From the IMG/VR virus record IMGVR_UViG_3300020045_006659, positions 1-61,930 of that record: DNA of 61,930 bases; one strand, 5' to 3'. This document shows, piece after piece, positions 58,011 through 61,930 of the stretch (position 1 is its first letter; every line of letters starts with the position of its first letter). The translations under genes were made by a program, and so were the position numbers. The notes beneath the pieces are model-generated. The model was not told the DNA's origin. It ran no database searches and saw only the letters and a program-made list of their open reading frames with translations. This DNA comes from a virus. Its lineage: Duplodnaviria; Caudoviricetes.

Positions 58011-58464
58011 GCAAAAACGTCGAAATATGCTCCATAGCTCCTTGATTCGAGGACTCTGAGTAAAAACGGGCCTGCGTCTCCCGAACTTCCTTTTCTACTT
58101 CCGGTAGCAAGTCGTGTTCACGTTGATGGCAGTCTCCGCATACGCCGACCAACGCGCCCAGGTTGTCATGCTCCATGCCGTGAATCTGATAGTTCCGATG
58201 ATGAACAAATCGTGTGTCTTTGAGACGGCATCTCTGGCACTTTGGCTGCAACGCCATCACGTGAGCCTTGATAATTCTCCAATACACAGTTTTGAGGAAC
58301 TGCGGATACTTCATTACTTTCAGCACTCCCACTAGCTGCGCTTGATCCTGGGCGCTTGATTCTTGTATCACAAAACGCATGTAGGCTAGGGAGTTACGGT
58401 CATAGGTTGTATTATTGGCGTCCGTCGCCAGTAGGTTCAACATCGGCGGTAATTCAGTAGCCAT
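57976..58464 (-). CDS. HNH endonuclease-like protein
   Basis: Y..FL...YW, CQRC, VHH..Y and L...C..CH..EH. Confidence 0.8.
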   Translation of the reverse strand: MATELPPMLNLLATDANNTTYDRNSLAYMRFVIQESSAQDQAQLVGVLKVMKYPQFLKTVYWRIIKAHVMALQPKCQRCRLKDTRFVHHRNYQIHGMEHDNLGALVGVCGDCHQREHDLLPEVEKEVRETQARFYSESSNQGAMEHISTFLRGMDFLKEQSE

Positions 58465-59212
58465 GATTTTGCTTCCTCCATTCCTTGAATTGCGATTCTT
58501 CTGGATCGGATGACATGACCTCCACCGCTTGCGGCTTTGCCTTCTTTGGCAACTTCACTGGCGTCCCTTCTGGCATAAATTTGAACCCTTGGTCATGAAT
58601 CCACGCCGCAAGACTCGGAGCAAACTGCCCATTTTTATCCTTCCACGCCTCCGTAGAACACCAAGCCCTGTGTGAACGGTCGAAATCTACCCTCACAATC
58701 ACGCCGGATGAAATTCCTGACGCAATGGCCTGTTCTGCCAAAATTCGATCTTTCTTCTTGGGATGTCGGGCGTACACTTCCTCGAACCAACTATCCAATG
58801 CGAGTGCTTGCGGCAGTATCGGCGGTGGCAATTCTTCTCTGCTCTGTATCTGCTCTGGTCTGTTCTGCTCTTGCAGCGTCACGGTTACGTCACGTGGTTG
58901 TTTTGCGTGACGTTCCCTGAATTTCCTTTGACGCTCTCGTGACGTATCGCTCTCGAACTGTAAATCATCCCAATCGTGTGGCGTGAGGTCTTGGTCAAAT
59001 AGTCCAGCCGTCACCAGTAGGGAGAGATTCTTTGCCACCGTCAGTTCTGGTAGTTTGAGCGTCCAAGCTAAATCTTCACCGGATGGCATTGAACCTTTTT
59101 TCCCATACAGGCAAAGGCAATTAATCCAGAACTTGAACAGAGCGGGCGGCAACCGCTGTGCTTTCGCGTTAACCGGGAGGTCAGTATACAGCCGAATCCA
59201 TGGTCTAGACAA
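58454..59212 (-). CDS. Phage replication initiator / replisome organizer
   Basis: W.RLY......K...L, H.W...Q..S..S.ERQRKFRER, F...Y..HP.K and P....W. Confidence 0.8.
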   Translation of the reverse strand: MSRPWIRLYTDLPVNAKAQRLPPALFKFWINCLCLYGKKGSMPSGEDLAWTLKLPELTVAKNLSLLVTAGLFDQDLTPHDWDDLQFESDTSRERQRKFRERHAKQPRDVTVTLQEQNRPEQIQSREELPPPILPQALALDSWFEEVYARHPKKKDRILAEQAIASGISSGVIVRVDFDRSHRAWCSTEAWKDKNGQFAPSLAAWIHDQGFKFMPEGTPVKLPKKAKPQAVEVMSSDPEESQFKEWRKQNHGY

Positions 59213-59296
59213 GTCTCAACACTCCTTCGACATCGAGGTTGGGGCGCGGGTCGAAGGTTCCGGCCCCGCAGCCTCGACAGAGTTATTCGCGGTGGA

Positions 59297-59566
59297 TCAG
59301 ACCGCATCCCCATTATGCTTCCGCTTCCTGGGGTTGTCAACGCTCAAGCGGGCGCTGATGAACCGCTGTCGGATGTGCGATGGTAGCGCCAACTGCGGCA
59401 CATAGCCCGCGCCGGCGTCCCGGCGTTCCTTGAAGCGCCGCTTGCACTCGTCTTCGGTAATCTTGCCGTCTGCCAGGTCCGCCAGCTCTGGCGTCGTCCA
59501 GTGGCGCTTGTCGCGCGATGGGAAGCGGTGAATGGTGAGGTCTAAATCGTGTAATCCGTAGTTCAT
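59297..59566 (-). CDS. Hypothetical protein
   Basis: Coupled ORF. Confidence 0.55.
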   Translation of the reverse strand: MNYGLHDLDLTIHRFPSRDKRHWTTPELADLADGKITEDECKRRFKERRDAGAGYVPQLALPSHIRQRFISARLSVDNPRKRKHNGDAV

Positions 59567-59988
59567 TTACGTTTGTCCTTTACTCTGCGGGATAGTCCGC
59601 TGGCATAGTACCAGTCCATGAAGCCCTCAATGCTCGCCGTGAAGTCGATACCCGCTATCAGGGTTAAGGCTCCCTTGGCCCGTTCTGTCGCGTGCCAAGC
59701 GTGCTGCTGTGCCATCACCTTGCCGGTGCGACGCTTCCACTCGATGAACATGACTTCGGCGGCAGAAAGATGCAGAGCATTGACCCGCGTGTCATGCGCC
59801 AGAGGCTTACGCGGTGGCCCCATATAGCGGATATATAGATCATCCGCCATGCCTTTTTCTTGTACCCCCATGCCGCGAAGGTGTGGCAGGTCTGTGCGGA
59901 TCCGCCGCCAGTTATCGAGGGCCAAGAAGTCGCTGCACGTTTCCTGGATAACGCGCTCTTTCGGTTGCGGCTTGGAATCTCTAGGCAT
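59563..59988 (-). CDS. VRR-NUC-like nuclease
   Basis: E..IQ..C..FL, G..D, FIE.K...GK....Q..W. Confidence 0.75.
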   Translation of the reverse strand: MPRDSKPQPKERVIQETCSDFLALDNWRRIRTDLPHLRGMGVQEKGMADDLYIRYMGPPRKPLAHDTRVNALHLSAAEVMFIEWKRRTGKVMAQQHAWHATERAKGALTLIAGIDFTASIEGFMDWYYASGLSRRVKDKRK

Positions 59989-60963
59989 CGCGGCCTTCGG
60001 CTTTGGCGATCGCCCGGTTAATGCGATCATCCATGTTCTTAACGCCGCAATCACACAAATCCGCGTTGTCATTAGATCGGCATTCGTAAGAGTGATTCTC
60101 TCCTCCGTACCATACTGCCGCCTCCCTCAGTGCCGCCAGCAGTTCCGTACTAACCGCACGTTCGGCGTCGAGTTCACACAGCAACAGATCCCGATACTCA
60201 GGATTGCAGTCGATATCTTCCCTGATCTCTTGTTCTAACTCTGCCGTCATCGTGCGTGGTTTCATGCGCTCCTCTTTGGCGGTATCGTTCCGTTCGCAAT
60301 GCGCTTGATTACGGGCATCTGCGCCGTGGTCTGGCCGCTCCGCTTCGACATCTTGCTCTTGCGGTCGGACTTGTTAGCGGCCTTGATGCGGTCGAGGATG
60401 ACCAGATTTTTGAGTGACTCAGGCATTGGCCCTCCGGGAGTATTTACTAATTACTGAATAGTTGTCCCTGGCTCCCTTACGGTCCTTTCTGAAGTCCATC
60501 CCTAACCCGTAATAGAGGGCTTGGTCAGTGGCTAACGTAAGCCCGTTCATTGCATAAGCTATATCTTTCCCGCGCTCTACCGTAGCTGGCTGCTTCATAA
60601 GTTCATCCATAGATACCTCAAACTGCCTTACGCAGATAATCAGAGTTCCTAGCGCCTTGCGAACCTTGCGCTCCTCTTTTGTTAGCTTGCGTGGCTCACT
60701 CATGCTCTGTCCCTCGTTTCATCGCCCTGCACCGTCGATGGCGCTGGTTGTGCGGTTAAGTAAATCTCCATCGCACAGCCGAATTCTTCGAGAACTTTGG
60801 CAATGTCCATCAGCCATACATCCACGATTCCGCCGGATTCCCGCAGGTCATTCACGACGGCGTAGAAACGCTTACACAGGCCGGGATTAAGCCGCTCGCT
60901 GTGAAATTCCATGACGCCTAATCGGACGCGGCGGCGACTATCCATGGCGTTCCCTCGTTTCAA
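59981..60963 (-). CDS. Small hypothetical ORFs (59981..60265, 60419..60703, 60700..60963)
   Basis: ORFs in the same operon. Confidence 0.55.
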
Positions 60964-61264
60964 AGAAGCCCGCCAGATCCGGGTTGCGCTCCATGATGTA
61001 GCGGGCGTAGTAGGGCGGGTAGTGGTCGTTCAATTTGTAGTCATCGTTGCCGCGCTCAAACTTAAAAAACCATCGCATACGCTCCCAAATCATCCTGATC
61101 CCGAAATGATTAAAGCCACGTCCCTTGACCTCTGAAGTCAGCTCAACCAGCTTCTGGTACACCTCGGGATGCTCTGTGTGGAACCGCTCCCACGCCTTGT
61201 AGTGGCGCTCGTTGTGGACCTCGGAGAGCAGCTCGGACGGGAAGCGTAGGGTGGATTGGGTCAT
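60938..61264 (-). CDS. Conserved phage hypothetical protein
   Basis: FH..HP.VY, I.E..RW, YKLN..Y..YYAR..M...P....FFE.R; ATG overlaps the stop of the ITR ORF. Confidence 0.75.
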   Translation of the reverse strand: MTQSTLRFPSELLSEVHNERHYKAWERFHTEHPEVYQKLVELTSEVKGRGFNHFGIRMIWERMRWFFKFERGNDDYKLNDHYPPYYARYIMERNPDLAGFFETRERHG

Positions 61265-61521
61265 AGCCGAATTACCGGGCAATCTGGACCAAGGAATGTT
61301 TCCTGATCCTTGCTGTGCTCCCCCTTGCGTCTTCGCGCTACGGGAGCAACGGGTGGAGCTGCCTTTAGTGCGCACGGCTCACAAACTAGGCGGTCGATAC
61401 GCAGCATTACTTTTTTGCCTTTCGTAAAAACAACATCCCCAGCCTTCGGGAGTGGCTGTTTACATTTAGGGCAACGCAATGTTGGCTGCGCTGGTACATC
61501 ACATAATCTCTCGGATTCCAT
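61261..61521 (-). CDS. Small Zn-finger protein (duplicated at 410..670 +)
   Basis: CPKC...CEPC; RBS ggagga. Confidence 0.6.
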   Translation of the reverse strand: MESERLCDVPAQPTLRCPKCKQPLPKAGDVVFTKGKKVMLRIDRLVCEPCALKAAPPVAPVARRRKGEHSKDQETFLGPDCPVIRL

Positions 61522-61542
61522 ATACTCCTCCCGTGTAACGCT

Positions 61543-61758
61543 CTACTTCCGCCCCATCCCGCCCTTGCGCTTGCTGTTACGCTCCGTCCGCGTGGCAAGG
61601 AACGTCAGCAAATCCCCAAGCACGATCTGTACCGACAGATCCCCGCGATACCGTACGGCGTAGCGCCTCGCCCAATCCTTGACGATCTCGCGCTCATCCG
61701 CAGCGCCCCGGTTCAACGTCTTCGGCCTTGCTGTCTTGCTGCTCATTCGTGTTGCCAT
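61543..61758 (-). CDS. Small basic protein (duplicated at 173..388 +)
   Basis: RBS aaggag before MATRMSSK. Confidence 0.6.
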   Translation of the reverse strand: MATRMSSKTARPKTLNRGAADEREIVKDWARRYAVRYRGDLSVQIVLGDLLTFLATRTERNSKRKGGMGRK

Positions 61759-61930
61759 AGTTCTCCTTTTATGTACGACCCCGACCACGACCGCGACCCC
61801 GACCCAGCCCCCACCCCCACCCCGCGCCCGACCTCGCCCACCCACCCCACCCCAACGCCCCACGCGCACCGTACCACGCATCGCCACCCCACCGCTACGC
61901 CCGGTCGACTCCCCTGTCAGTCCACCCCCC

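Larger units (their letters stand above)
61258..61930. repeat. Right copy of terminal inverted repeat
   Basis: Reverse complement of 1..673; its ORFs run seamlessly into the 60938 operon. Confidence 0.97.

Overview
This window looks like a near-complete ~61 kb genome of a podovirus-like tailed dsDNA phage. It has no tape measure gene and does have tail-tubular and ejection-type genes. An Acidobacteria-like host is a guess from gene style only. Modules: (i) a minus-strand recombination/replication arm split across the two contig ends (ERF SSAP, YqaJ exonuclease, replication initiator, HNH, VRR-NUC); (ii) a minus-strand virion module (TerL, scaffold, major capsid, adaptors, nozzle, ejection proteins including a DdrB-ParB polyvalent protein) whose portal sits about 29 kb from TerL; (iii) a plus-strand operon with a DUF6745 protein holding a 40 x 12-bp codon-locked repeat, followed by six glycosyl/methyltransferases; (iv) an IS1-derived cargo element with perfect 26-bp TIRs and an 8-bp TSD, plus an IS1595 remnant; (v) an array of small early-type genes built from shuffled, duplicated modules; (vi) a GH73 endolysin. 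The 673-bp terminal inverted repeat is probably an assembly or amplification chimera at an unresolved S-[G/R/W] repeat. The best leads are tandem NrdR-like boxes on both structural-gene promoters, Sec signal peptides on fibre/spike-like proteins, the combinatorial gene array, NGG-variable repeats, and two candidate structured RNAs (one overlapping a DUF559 nuclease, one tRNA-like upstream of the putative TerS). All family calls come from motif recognition by eye, and no searches were run.
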